Below are positions 37,557 to 48,054 of a stretch of DNA of 64,000 nt, in pieces; the first letter of the stretch is position 1, and each line of letters opens with the position of its first letter. The notes under the pieces are model-generated. The model ran no database searches. It was not told the DNA's origin and saw nothing but the letters and a program-made list of their open reading frames with translations. The stretch is from a virus, in the IMG/VR virus record IMGVR_UViG_3300040801_003693, positions 32,001 to 96,000 of that record; one strand, written 5' to 3'. The position numbers and the translations under genes are program-made.

Positions 37557-39092
37557 ATGCCCGATTTGCACCCTACTGAAGGTAATATTTCTACCTTACC
37601 TACATCTCCCCCTGTAGCGACAACAGCAGTATATAGAAAGCGACCTTTGATAGGTTCACAATTAGGAATGGCTACTAGTTATTCTCCCTCCGGAGAAGGA
37701 TTTGTATTAACAAGGAAGCCTTCTTACTATCAGCTATCAGTATGGGATGAAGCTAGAAGAAAAGAGCCTGTAATTAAACAGGGTATAGAATATATAGTTC
37801 AATCTTTACTAGCTAAGATTGGTTCTTATTCTCATCCTGATAAAAAGATTGATGCTTTTGTTCAGGCTAATATTGTTACCAGCTTACCTTTATGGGTTAA
37901 AGATATTGCCGAATCAATGCTTTGGTCTGGGTTTGGGGTATCAGAAATTAATTGGGTACAAAAGAAAGGTCCAGGTCTTATTCCTCAGATATGGGTTGAT
38001 AGTTTAATTAATTACCATCCTTTACAAATTTATTTAGAACCTAATGATTATGGTTTGATAAAGGATGGAGAGAAGATTACTAACTGTGCTTATAAATCAG
38101 GAATTTGGGTTCCCGCTCCTCCGGCTCATATTAATGTTAAATCTCGACGTTCCAAGAAACGAGAATATAATGGCAATTTAGTTAGATTACCACTGAGCAA
38201 AAGAATATACATGACTCTTGGTGGAGAGGGGAATAATATTTATGGTCGAAGTATTTTAGAATCTATTATCTCTTATCACTTTTTTAAAGAAGCTTTTAGA
38301 GATATGTTAACTACAGCATTAGATAGATATGGTACTCCACTAATCTATGCTATAGTTCCTCCTATGAATACCGATAAGGAGGTTATAAATCCTGACGGTA
38401 GTTCTCGTGAGATGACTTTGCATGAACTGACCGCAGAGGAATTAAAAAATCTTTCTTCTGAATCGGCTTTAGTATTCACTCAAATATCTAAAGATCAGCC
38501 TATTAAATTAGAAGCTTTAACTACCGGAAATAATTTCAGTACTGCGTTTACCGATGCGATGGAGATGTGTGACTATAATATGCAGATGGGCATTGGTATC
38601 CCTAATTTGCTTATGAAAGATAACAGTTCTAAACTTGGTTCTGGTGGTGCTAGTGAAAAGCAATTAGAACTTTATGATACGTTTATCTCTTCACTATTCG
38701 ATTTAATTGTAGCACCTTTTATTAAACAACTTTGCTCTCAATTAATTCAATATAACTTTGATGCTAGAACTAATCCCCTTGCTTATGACTGTGGTATTGT
38801 ACAGAAGAAACCTACTAAAACTACTGAACTAAAAGTTGTAGTTGGTGCAGTAGAGTCTTTGACCCGTATGGGTTACATCAATCCTTTTAACTCTTTAGAC
38901 TTTCATTACGTGAGAGATTTGATTGGATTACCTGCACGAGATCCTGATAAATTTAATGTTCTTCCAGATAACAAACAAGAGCGTACTAATATTAATAAAG
39001 AAGATATTAATACTGATGCTCCTACAGAAGAAGAAAAGCGGCTAATTGAAGTGGCTGCTTACCAAAGATACGTTAACCAAAATAATAGTTAA
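37557..39092 (+). CDS. portal protein (Mu gp29/DUF935-like)
   Basis: about 510 aa; GFGVSEINW and GNNIYGRSILE...DRYGTP motifs; ATG 37557 is the first start after the repeat. Confidence 0.8.
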   Translation: MPDLHPTEGNISTLPTSPPVATTAVYRKRPLIGSQLGMATSYSPSGEGFVLTRKPSYYQLSVWDEARRKEPVIKQGIEYIVQSLLAKIGSYSHPDKKIDAFVQANIVTSLPLWVKDIAESMLWSGFGVSEINWVQKKGPGLIPQIWVDSLINYHPLQIYLEPNDYGLIKDGEKITNCAYKSGIWVPAPPAHINVKSRRSKKREYNGNLVRLPLSKRIYMTLGGEGNNIYGRSILESIISYHFFKEAFRDMLTTALDRYGTPLIYAIVPPMNTDKEVINPDGSSREMTLHELTAEELKNLSSESALVFTQISKDQPIKLEALTTGNNFSTAFTDAMEMCDYNMQMGIGIPNLLMKDNSSKLGSGGASEKQLELYDTFISSLFDLIVAPFIKQLCSQLIQYNFDARTNPLAYDCGIVQKKPTKTTELKVVVGAVESLTRMGYINPFNSLDFHYVRDLIGLPARDPDKFNVLPDNKQERTNINKEDINTDAPTEEEKRLIEVAAYQRYVNQNNS

Positions 39093-39345
39093 AAGGCAAA
39101 GCATTCTAATAGCACATGATATAAGCATTCAAAAATACATGATATAGCCATATCAACCTCTTAAAATGCGCTTATAATACGCCTAGTAAGCGTATTAGTA
39201 AAAGCTATACTTAGAGCCTATTTTATGGATAAGTAAGTATTTACGTTGTAGCAAATAGTATTTGTTACTTCTCTGCGAATAGTACTCCAGGATATAAATA
39301 CGCAAAACACTTCTATTGTTTTGATAATTATTAATTATTTTCTAA

Positions 39346-39639
39346 TTATTCATTCTCAAATATTATTTCACAGTTATTAACAATAACTTCTTCAGGATAA
39401 TAAATAGTTTTGTTTTTACAATTAACGTCTTTAAAAATAATATTTACATATATCCCATCATCAGAACTTTTATTGAAAAGAGATTCAATATTTATATTCT
39501 TACATTTAAAAGTATCACAGCTAGAAGTTCCTTTTAAACCTCCTCCATATTCAGGATAAGCATCTACGTTTATAACCGTTACTTCAAATTCAGAAATAAC
39601 TTTTCCTTCTACTGTATATCCCGATTTAATAATTGTCAT
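39346..39639 (-). CDS. hypothetical protein
   Basis: 97-aa ORF. Confidence 0.5.
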   Translation of the reverse strand: MTIIKSGYTVEGKVISEFEVTVINVDAYPEYGGGLKGTSSCDTFKCKNINIESLFNKSSDDGIYVNIIFKDVNCKNKTIYYPEEVIVNNCEIIFENE

Positions 39640-39786
39640 TCTATTTCAATATATTAACTTTTATGTAGTAAGGCTGCTGCTCCTGGGAGAAGGAATAAAG
39701 TACAAGCGTTAAAGTAAGATAAAAGTAAGTTAATTATTTACTATATAAATGTAGATCTTTATATAGTAATACGTTCAGAGACTGAT

Positions 39787-39809
39787 ACCCAGCAGGGTTC
39801 CTGCTGGGT
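39787..39809. terminator. hairpin ACCCAGCAGG-GTT-CCTGCTGGGT
   Basis: perfect 10-bp stem just after the stop of 39822..40127. Confidence 0.55.
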
Positions 39810-39821
39810 GACGGTTTATTT

Positions 39822-40127
39822 TTAATCGTATACTTCAGGATGTAACGGTTTGTAATAATCTAGAAACACCTTTTTATAAGCTCCTTCTGGATTACAAATT
39901 AAACTTCCTTGATAAATCCATTTTCTATTTTCATCCTCCTCATAATTAGCTTCGTATACTGTTTTTTTCTCCATGAGTGTTGTATGCACTTCAATTTCTA
40001 TTTCTTCTGAATACATACTACTTCCATTTAAAAACACATCTGGACAGTCGGGTAAAGCGAGTGCGATGGATATCGTAGGAGGAATTTCCTCACCCCAGCT
40101 TTGTTTAATCAAATTAGTTATTTGCAT
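39822..40127 (-). CDS. small partner protein (candidate immunity) of 40130..40585
   Basis: starts 2 nt after the upstream stop. Confidence 0.65.
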   Translation of the reverse strand: MQITNLIKQSWGEEIPPTISIALALPDCPDVFLNGSSMYSEEIEIEVHTTLMEKKTVYEANYEEDENRKWIYQGSLICNPEGAYKKVFLDYYKPLHPEVYD

Positions 40128-40129
40128 GA

Positions 40130-40585
40130 TTAATCTAGTAAAGCGTCTATGTCTAACTCTTGAGAAACATCAATGAAATCACATTGATATTTTCCTTTTC
40201 TTATTTTTGTAACTTGTACTATTGTTCCGGGTGGTTTTATTTTATCGCATTCTCTTTTCGCTTTTATTGCGCTAGACGCATTAACTATTTTATAGTTATG
40301 TCCTCCGCTCCCACTTTTAATTATTCTATTTAAGCTTGTGACTTTCTTACCGTTTATGCGTAACAAATAGTTAACCTGATTTTCCTTGTTATAAGTTTGA
40401 TAGTATTTTATCCCTCCTATCATTACTATTCCTAATACTACACAAGCAGGTAATTGAGGACCACTACAAAAAGGAGCAAAAGGAGCTAGAGCAGCTCCCC
40501 CTTTTGCTGTCGGCGTGTTGATGGTTAATGTGATACCTGTACTGAGAATAGCGATCGCACGGGTACAGATGAGAGAAAGCTTCAC
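40130..40585 (-). CDS. secreted Cys-rich protein, paralog 2
   Basis: signal peptide, hydrophobic C..C segment, AKREC...GKYQC. Confidence 0.7.
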   Translation of the reverse strand: MKLSLICTRAIAILSTGITLTINTPTAKGGAALAPFAPFCSGPQLPACVVLGIVMIGGIKYYQTYNKENQVNYLLRINGKKVTSLNRIIKSGSGGHNYKIVNASSAIKAKRECDKIKPPGTIVQVTKIRKGKYQCDFIDVSQELDIDALLD

Positions 40586-40810
40586 TATAAAACCTTAATT
40601 TCTTTTTTCATAAAATTTATACCATGACATACATTTAACTGCAAAACTATTTATTTTTATAATTGGGATAGATAAGGTATAGATACTGAAAGCAAGCAGG
40701 GGCAAACATATTGCGGAATATAAGCCCCATCTAATTTTGCTTGCAGTTGTATAAAATTCTATCGTATGATATTAGTTGTATTAAGTTCTACTATAAAGAG
40801 AGTACGGTAC

Positions 40811-41281
40811 GTGAGTTTAAAGCAGTCTATAGCAGCAAGTTTAGGTTTGGCACTTGCGATAAATGCATCAAGCGTATTTATAAAAGTGGATGATACATCA
40901 AATTCTTCCCCAATCTCTTTCTCCGGGGAGAAAGCAAACGGTGCAGTATTAACTCTTACTGCTTTATGTGCAGTGGGCTGTAAACTAATTGGTGGAGCAG
41001 TTATTGTAGTAGCAGGAAAAGCAATTGAAACTGTAGTATACAAGGCTACTAAAGGGGGTCTTTATTACATAAAGAATCCGACTAGTAGTAAAAAGAATCA
41101 ATATGTTCAGGCTATTTATTATGTCAATTATGGTTCAATAAAAGCAGGGAGTTTGTTGGAAGCAGTTGAAGAATGTAAAAAATTAGCAAGGGAAAGAGGA
41201 GTTCAGTATCGTATGGTTGTAGATAGAAATAAAGCGGGGCGGTCGGATGGTAGGTATGACTGCATGGGAGCTTGGGAATAA
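40811..41281 (+). CDS. secreted Cys-rich protein, paralog 3
   Basis: GTG start at 40811; signal peptide, CAVGC segment, AVEEC...GRYDC. Confidence 0.7.
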   Translation: MSLKQSIAASLGLALAINASSVFIKVDDTSNSSPISFSGEKANGAVLTLTALCAVGCKLIGGAVIVVAGKAIETVVYKATKGGLYYIKNPTSSKKNQYVQAIYYVNYGSIKAGSLLEAVEECKKLARERGVQYRMVVDRNKAGRSDGRYDCMGAWE

Positions 41282-41282
41282 A

Positions 41283-41669
41283 ATGAATGCGAATAGAATT
41301 GAAGATTGCATAAGAGCTTATATAAATGGAAAGCCTTTTGAACTTATTGTTTATCAGAAAAAGGATAGAATTAATCATGCATTAACAGTAGACTTAAGCC
41401 ATTTCTCTAAATCAATGCAGGGTGTTCCAGAACGAACTCTTTCTTCTTATCTAAAAAAAGAATTTGCTAAAGGAGAATTATTTGAAAATAAAAATAATGT
41501 TTTTCCTTACCTAATTTTCTTAACCCAATTAGATAAAATTCCTACTGTTCTTAACTACACTGTAGGAGTCAATAGCTTTCAGTTAATTAATGATTCAAAA
41601 GTTAATCCCTATTTAACTCAACGTTATCGCAATGCAAAGTATAATATAGCGGTTAACTTTTATTTGTAA
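41283..41669 (+). CDS. small partner protein (candidate immunity) of 40811..41281
   Basis: ATG 1 nt after the upstream stop. Confidence 0.65.
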   Translation: MNANRIEDCIRAYINGKPFELIVYQKKDRINHALTVDLSHFSKSMQGVPERTLSSYLKKEFAKGELFENKNNVFPYLIFLTQLDKIPTVLNYTVGVNSFQLINDSKVNPYLTQRYRNAKYNIAVNFYL

Positions 41670-41698
41670 CAAAATGTTGTAATCCTGTAATTGCAGGA

Positions 41699-41917
41699 TT
41701 ACTTCTTCGATTTTAATATTTCTTCTTTTATATCAATATAAAAATCATTACTTTCTAAATCAGCCATAGAGTTGATAATAGAAGTTGTTACTATTAATGC
41801 ATTCCTTTCTGTTAAACAATATTTAGATTGGATATACTCAACTAAATTTAATCCTGCTGCTGCAAGTTCTAATTTTAAACTTAGATGATTAATATGATCT
41901 GATATTTGTTTATTCAT
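41699..41917 (-). CDS. hypothetical protein
   Basis: coupled to the upstream SWIM gene. Confidence 0.6.
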   Translation of the reverse strand: MNKQISDHINHLSLKLELAAAGLNLVEYIQSKYCLTERNALIVTTSIINSMADLESNDFYIDIKEEILKSKK

Positions 41918-42356
41918 CTTTATAATATTTTCTTTCTACTTTATAATTTGCAACTCTGCTTTGAAATAATAATAACCAATCCCTAAAAACTAAATGCTTA
42001 CATTTGCCTTTATAATTACCAATTGACTTACAAGTACAAGTATTGCTTTCAATTTGGTATTCCTCCCCGGAGGGAGATGCAACTATCCATCCTTCTAAAA
42101 TAGGAAAGATTATATATCCCTGCATTAACATATTAGCTGCAACATAAGTATGCCACACTACATCGACCTTATCCCAGAAATAATTAGCTAATTTTGTTTT
42201 ATACTTCCGGTTAGGTGAGAATTCTTTTACTTCAAATCTCAACCACAAATCTTTTTCTTCTTTTTCTCCTTTTGAATAAATCGAAAGATTTGTAATGTGC
42301 TTTAATATTTGTCTTTTTACAAAAATATGAGCGATGTATTCTTCTAGAAATTTCAT
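41910..42356 (-). CDS. SWIM zinc-finger protein
   Basis: CTC-x8-CKH. Confidence 0.7.
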   Translation of the reverse strand: MKFLEEYIAHIFVKRQILKHITNLSIYSKGEKEEKDLWLRFEVKEFSPNRKYKTKLANYFWDKVDVVWHTYVAANMLMQGYIIFPILEGWIVASPSGEEYQIESNTCTCKSIGNYKGKCKHLVFRDWLLLFQSRVANYKVERKYYKDE

Positions 42357-43297
42357 AATGTTATTAATTCTGATAAATTTTTAATGCTACATCCCGAAGC
42401 ATTTTTATGTCCCCCTCCACCATACTTAGCCGCAATTTGTTTAACATTAAAGTCTTTACCCACAAATGAATTTAAACTTCTTAGACTTAAGTTGTAACTG
42501 TTATCTTCATAGTAGTATACCGCAGCATAATCTACTTCGGCATACTTTGGATTCATAAGTAATTCTTCAGCTAAATTAGAACGTAGATAAATTTTTTCTA
42601 TTGGATACTCACAGAGTAAAACCTTGTTGTTGTGTACTGAGTCATAAACTTTAGCATTAGGTTCCAACTGGGAAATTTCTTTAAGAGTTTCTTTTCTAAC
42701 GATTTTACCTTTCTCTTTAAAAATTGCTTTCAAATCTTGGTCATAACTATACTTGATCGAATCAAATAATTGAAAATAATCTGTTAGTGTATTTAATGGT
42801 CTATCAAATATCCCTAAGTAAATTTCTTTTGTTTCTTCTTTAAACCATTCCTTTGTGCGGATATCTGCTGCTTTAATATATTTTAAAAACGGATAAGGGT
42901 TTATATCTTTATATAAATAATTAAAGGTAAGAGTAGAGCCACATTCATCTACTTTATATGCTACTTCTTTTACCCAATTAGTAATTTCAAACATCCTATC
43001 CCACATACTCAAATGATGATCGATAAACACCATCTCACAATTGAGTCCAGATAGTATTTGTATTTCTCTAGAAGATAAACTATAATCAACTACATAGACT
43101 AAACTATTACTTTTAACTAAAGAATTTAAACTATTAGAAAGATCACTGTACCAACAAGGAATAAAAATTATTTCTGCTTGCGAATTAAGATAGTTTTGAT
43201 AATGATTATAAAGCAACCAAGCTGAAGCTGCTCCATCTATACAAAAACTATTAGGATGGGTTTTATGAAAAATAATATAGACTGATTGCTGTGACAT
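42353..43297 (-). CDS. DHH/DHHA1 phosphoesterase (NrnB-like oligoribonuclease)
   Basis: DGAASA, VVDYS, IDHH, LSLRS, GGGGHKNASG. Confidence 0.88.
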   Translation of the reverse strand: MSQQSVYIIFHKTHPNSFCIDGAASAWLLYNHYQNYLNSQAEIIFIPCWYSDLSNSLNSLVKSNSLVYVVDYSLSSREIQILSGLNCEMVFIDHHLSMWDRMFEITNWVKEVAYKVDECGSTLTFNYLYKDINPYPFLKYIKAADIRTKEWFKEETKEIYLGIFDRPLNTLTDYFQLFDSIKYSYDQDLKAIFKEKGKIVRKETLKEISQLEPNAKVYDSVHNNKVLLCEYPIEKIYLRSNLAEELLMNPKYAEVDYAAVYYYEDNSYNLSLRSLNSFVGKDFNVKQIAAKYGGGGHKNASGCSIKNLSELITL

Positions 43298-43313
43298 AAT
43301 AAAATTGTCCTTA

Positions 43314-44429
43314 TTAAGAAATTAAATGACTGAACTTAGGCAATATTTGATTTTCGTAAAACCATAACCCCTGCGAAGCATTCACATTATAATCCAGTTT
43401 GATAAAATTTAATACACTCTCTACAAATTCTGATAGTTTAATAAAACTTATATCTTCCATACAACTGATAAGTCTACTAGCATCTTCTGTAATACCTTTA
43501 GGAGAAAGGAAGATTAATTTTACACTTTTATTCTTATATTTATTTTTAGCTAAATTTAAATAACCTTTCTCTCCCAGGGTGGAAGAGACATGATTGATAT
43601 TAATTTGATCCTTTTTAATTTCGTATATTTCAACCCGTGGTTGTTCTAAAGCGGGTTTGAATAAAGTTAAATCAAATCTGCGGCTTTTACAGTTATCTTT
43701 ACAAACAAGAAGATTGTTAACTGCATCTTCTTGTTTGAAATGATAATTAGAATAAGAGAGAAGTTCAACTAAACAAGAATGAATGTCTGCTTCGCTAAAG
43801 CAATTATTAGTTTTTATAGGTGGGATAACTATTTTAGATTGAAGTTTTTGAGCAGAAGGGGATACGAATTGTTTTAAGATTAACGAATCTTTTTTGTTAC
43901 AGCTATACTTATTTAGATTTCTGTCAATATAATCAAGACAAGTTTTCCAATCTCCTATCCATAAGACCTTTTTATTACCTAAATAAATATTGTATTTTAA
44001 ATAATAGTTTTTAACAAAATTATCTAAACTCTCTGAGTGCAGTCTAAAATGTCTTCCATACAAAGGAGACATATTTTCTTTGCGTTTATTATTCCTTTTT
44101 AGAATAGCGGCATTTGTCCAATGTTTTCTAAAGTTGCAGGCGTTATATCCTATCGAGGAAGAAACCTCTGACATTACAAAATAAGCACCGCTTTTAGTTT
44201 TAGGACTAGATATCCATTTTAAATCATACTGGACACAATACTCTTTTAACTTTTCTATACTTCTTAAATTTGAAGAGCTATCTTCTTTTAGTATTGCGTT
44301 ATTCAAATTAATCATACAGCTATAATAATTAATAAACAATAAAAAATAAACAATAAACACAGTTACTAATAGTTTATTGTCCATCATATTAATAACTATT
44401 GTAAGCAATAAATAAAAGATTGACCACAA
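43314..44429 (-). CDS. protein with C-terminal PD-(D/E)xK nuclease-like domain
   Basis: SEADIH...RRFDL...IYEIKK; true start probably downstream (MINLNN). Confidence 0.6.
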   Translation of the reverse strand: MWSIFYLLLTIVINMMDNKLLVTVFIVYFLLFINYYSCMINLNNAILKEDSSSNLRSIEKLKEYCVQYDLKWISSPKTKSGAYFVMSEVSSSIGYNACNFRKHWTNAAILKRNNKRKENMSPLYGRHFRLHSESLDNFVKNYYLKYNIYLGNKKVLWIGDWKTCLDYIDRNLNKYSCNKKDSLILKQFVSPSAQKLQSKIVIPPIKTNNCFSEADIHSCLVELLSYSNYHFKQEDAVNNLLVCKDNCKSRRFDLTLFKPALEQPRVEIYEIKKDQININHVSSTLGEKGYLNLAKNKYKNKSVKLIFLSPKGITEDASRLISCMEDISFIKLSEFVESVLNFIKLDYNVNASQGLWFYENQILPKFSHLIS

Positions 44430-44478
44430 TTAATTGCGTAATTCTTGTTAGTTGTAAATAAATATAATAAATAACTAT

Positions 44479-44871
44479 ATGGAAAATCCAACACAAGATG
44501 AGAAGTATTGGAGTCAGAAGCAGGCTTTATACGTAAAGCAGGCTCCAGAATTATTTATAGAAAGAAATACGGTATGTCAAAGCTGTGCCTTTTACCATGA
44601 AAAAAGTTGTGAAATAGTTAATGGGATTATTTCTAATACTGGATATTGTAGATTTTGGGAACAGTTAGAGGAAGTGACTGAACCATCTGAATCCTTAGAA
44701 AATTTAGCCCAAGAGGGTAAAGAGATAGTATTAGAACAGTTTTCTATATCTTCAGTTGTAAAGGAGCAAGGAGAACTATTTGAAAAGATTGAAGAGTTTA
44801 AAACTAAACAGTTTGCTGACTCCGAGGAGGAAGAAAAAAGTATTGAAATCTTATTTGATTATACTCAATAA
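44479..44871 (+). CDS. small protein with HiPIP-like Cys motif
   Basis: CQSCAFY...CEIVNG.I...GYCRFW. Confidence 0.6.
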   Translation: MENPTQDEKYWSQKQALYVKQAPELFIERNTVCQSCAFYHEKSCEIVNGIISNTGYCRFWEQLEEVTEPSESLENLAQEGKEIVLEQFSISSVVKEQGELFEKIEEFKTKQFADSEEEEKSIEILFDYTQ

Positions 44872-46604
44872 TGTCATCTGAAAAAAATGTTTCCTTAAAA
44901 ATAGGAAAGCACAAAGACCGTAATGGTGGTCTAACCAAATCTGGAATAGAAAAGTATAACAAAGAAACCGGAAGTAATTTAAAAATGGGAGTAAAAGGAA
45001 AACCTAAAACCCCAGAAGATTATCGCCGTAAGGGTTCTTTTTTAACTAGATTTTATAATCGTAAAGACATACCACCTTTAGTTAAACCTAGTGGGAAACC
45101 TACCCGGTTTGCATTAGCTGCTGCCGCTTGGGGAGAATCTGTACCTACAAGTAAGGCTGCTGTTAAAAGGTTAGCAAACAAAGGCAAGTCTTTATTATCT
45201 CAATATCAAAGTATGAAAGAAAAAGAGAAAAAAAGTAAAAAACAAAATTTATCTAATAGTGGAAATCCTTACGTAGAATTGCTTTCTGATAATTTGTTGA
45301 AGATTCCTTTAGCAATGAAAGGAGAGTTTCAGCATAATCTATATCCAGAAGTAAAATTTGATGATGAAGATTTCGGTTCTATCGTAAATAATTTTAATAA
45401 TAAAGTTTTAGGTTTTACGCCTTATATAACTTATGGTCATTTAAAAGATAATAATTTATCAATTGATGCTGAATTAAAAAAAGGTGACTGTATCAAAATA
45501 GAAGCAGATACAGATATCCTTTATGGTTATTTTAAATCTTCTCCAGAGGCTTATGAGTATGTTTCTAAAGGAGAGTATGAATATAATTCAGGAGAATTTA
45601 TTCGTAATTATAAAGACAAGAAAACAGGAGAGAACTTAGGAACAGTTTTAGCAAGAACTGCTTTAACTAACTCTCCGTTCCTTCCTTTTGAAAATCATAA
45701 AGTAGAAGCTCTTTCTCAAAGTACTACAGAAGTGTATAGCATCAACCAGAGTATTCCAGTTGATATTAAACACAAAGTAAATAATGATTACTTATTACCC
45801 GACAATTCTAATATAAATAATAATAATAGTGAAAATATAAATAATCCTATGCCACAAGAATTAGAAGATACAAAATTAGATGAAACAGCTTCAACAATAG
45901 TAGAAGCTGAATCGGATAGTTCTTCTTCAACAAAAACTGAATCTCAAAATATTGATGAGATTGTTAAATCTGTTTTAGAAAAGATTCAGGGTCAAATTCC
46001 AGCACCATATAAATCTACAGAACCAGAGAAAGTAGTAGAGCCTGTTGTTGAAGAGCTTACTCCTGTTGTTGAAACAAAAAAAGAAAAGAAAGAAGAATAT
46101 AAAAATATTTCTGACATTATTAGTAGCGTTACCAATTCTTTAACTGAATCATTTAAAGTTCAGGTTGCAGAGATTAAAAGTCAACAGAAAGCTGTTATAG
46201 ACAATTTAGAAAATAAAATTAACGAATTAAGTAGTAAGTTAGGTCAGCAAGAACAAGTATCTCAAGCTTTTTCTAACTCCCTTTCTCAACAACAAAAGAA
46301 AGAAAGATATTCTGCTTTAGCAAAGTCAGGTATGTCTCCAGCATTTATTCAAAAGTTTTCTACTATTGAAAATGCAATTGAGACTGGTAACAATGTTATC
46401 AAACTTTCTAATAGCGAAGGCAAAGAAGTTGATACTGCCGTTACTGATATGATTGCAGAAACAATCCTTGAAGCACTATCTTCCGAAGCTGTAGAAGTAC
46501 AGCAGTTTGGTAATAGTAATAATCAAGGTACGGGTATTGTTGCAGATATTAAAAGCCTAATTACAGCGAATAAAGAAAAGGCTAAAAAAACTTCTATTAA
46601 TTAA
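44871..46604 (+). CDS. prohead protease/scaffold (Mu gpI-like) with basic N-terminal domain
   Basis: IPLAMKGEFQH, YITYGH, YEYNSGEF, ALTNSPF; acidic coiled-coil C-terminus; directly upstream of the capsid gene. Confidence 0.75.
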   Translation: MSSEKNVSLKIGKHKDRNGGLTKSGIEKYNKETGSNLKMGVKGKPKTPEDYRRKGSFLTRFYNRKDIPPLVKPSGKPTRFALAAAAWGESVPTSKAAVKRLANKGKSLLSQYQSMKEKEKKSKKQNLSNSGNPYVELLSDNLLKIPLAMKGEFQHNLYPEVKFDDEDFGSIVNNFNNKVLGFTPYITYGHLKDNNLSIDAELKKGDCIKIEADTDILYGYFKSSPEAYEYVSKGEYEYNSGEFIRNYKDKKTGENLGTVLARTALTNSPFLPFENHKVEALSQSTTEVYSINQSIPVDIKHKVNNDYLLPDNSNINNNNSENINNPMPQELEDTKLDETASTIVEAESDSSSSTKTESQNIDEIVKSVLEKIQGQIPAPYKSTEPEKVVEPVVEELTPVVETKKEKKEEYKNISDIISSVTNSLTESFKVQVAEIKSQQKAVIDNLENKINELSSKLGQQEQVSQAFSNSLSQQQKKERYSALAKSGMSPAFIQKFSTIENAIETGNNVIKLSNSEGKEVDTAVTDMIAETILEALSSEAVEVQQFGNSNNQGTGIVADIKSLITANKEKAKKTSIN

Positions 46605-46627
46605 TTAATATAAAAATTCTATAATAA

Positions 46628-47935
46628 ATGGTTACACCAAATTTTGGACCTTACGTAAGTGAGGCGGTTACTGTTGCTAATTATGAAATGCAGGGCGAGC
46701 CTGTATTCACTGAATTAGCTAAATCTTTAGCTCCCCTTGTAGGAAATACTCCTTTATCCGAATTATTTCCTGAAGAAAATATATTAGAACGTCATGTTCG
46801 CATTCATCAAAAGTATGATGGCATGGATACCATTTTTCCAATGGTTGAAATGGGTAAGCCTGATGTGGTACTAAGTTCAGGTCATGGAACTATGACAGAA
46901 CGAATTGTACAACCTTTGTACATTCGTCGCTCTACGTTTCTATCTTACGGCGAAATTAACTCTAAGATTAAGCCCGGTACTTTTAATGAACGTTGGAGTC
47001 CTGCTGAACAGATCCAAGAAGCAATGACTCGGATGATGCGCGAGCAAGCTCTTACTTGGGATGTCTTTAGAGCAATGATGCTCCTGGGAGGAATCAACTA
47101 TACTGACCCCCGTACAGGTGTAGGCGCTCAAGTATCTGCTAGAATCCCTGCTCAAAACTTATGGCATTACAATGTGACTTCTGGATTTAGAGGTCGTGCG
47201 GAACATTCTTTATTCCGCAATATTGTTGATAGTAATGTAGAACGTCCCGCTGATGCTTTAGGTGGTATTCCTTGGACTCATCCTGATGCGGCGATCGCAG
47301 AAGGTGTGATGAAGTTTGCCAACTGGTTCTTAGATACCAACAAGAGTAAAATCTCTGCAATGTACATGGGTCCAGAACTACGCAACGTTTTATCTATGAA
47401 TAATGAGATTAAGCTTGCGTTAGGTGGATTTATTCCTCGCTTTGGTGCAGTTGCTGGAGACAGTACTACAGTGAGTGGAAGCGGAGTATTAATTCCGTCG
47501 GGTGGAGTAATGAATCGTGCTATGAACGGTTCTATTGGTCTTGATGGCGGCGGTCAACTAGCAAGTATTGGTGGAATTCCAATTCGTGTTATAGAAACTC
47601 AATATAAAGACCCTGTTGATGGAATTGTAAAAAGAGTAATTCCAAAGAACAAAGTAGTATTTGTTTCCGAAAGCGATTCTCAAGGCATGAGTGAATCTCC
47701 AGGTAGAACTCAGTACTGTGTATCAGAAGAGTCTGGTGGACAACCAGGTGTATGGACTCGTACTCAAACTCAAACTCAAATTCCTGCTGCTCCAGGGATG
47801 TATGTACAGATGGGTAATGCAGGTATGCCTTATCTTAAATATCCTTATCGCGTTGCACACATGACTGTATGTGAGGTTGCGGATATTGAAAATCGGATGG
47901 GTGTACTAGGCGATTTAGGTTTTGGCTTATTCTAA
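46628..47935 (+). CDS. major capsid protein (HK97 fold, cap E-like)
   Basis: 435 aa after the scaffold gene; LSELFPE..., W.HPDA...., IPKNKVVF, AGMPYL. Confidence 0.8.
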   Translation: MVTPNFGPYVSEAVTVANYEMQGEPVFTELAKSLAPLVGNTPLSELFPEENILERHVRIHQKYDGMDTIFPMVEMGKPDVVLSSGHGTMTERIVQPLYIRRSTFLSYGEINSKIKPGTFNERWSPAEQIQEAMTRMMREQALTWDVFRAMMLLGGINYTDPRTGVGAQVSARIPAQNLWHYNVTSGFRGRAEHSLFRNIVDSNVERPADALGGIPWTHPDAAIAEGVMKFANWFLDTNKSKISAMYMGPELRNVLSMNNEIKLALGGFIPRFGAVAGDSTTVSGSGVLIPSGGVMNRAMNGSIGLDGGGQLASIGGIPIRVIETQYKDPVDGIVKRVIPKNKVVFVSESDSQGMSESPGRTQYCVSEESGGQPGVWTRTQTQTQIPAAPGMYVQMGNAGMPYLKYPYRVAHMTVCEVADIENRMGVLGDLGFGLF

Positions 47936-47936
47936 A

Positions 47937-48050
47937 ATCAATAAACAATTAGCGATTAACAATTAACAATGAATATCATTATTTATTAGTTATTGTTAGT
48001 TGATTATTAGTTATTGATTATTGATTATTGTTTATTGTTTATTGTTTATT
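47937..48050. repeat. heptamer STRR-like inverted repeat after the capsid gene
   Basis: (AACAATT)n then (TTATTGT/TTATTGA)n. Confidence 0.75.
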
Positions 48051-48054
48051 GAAT

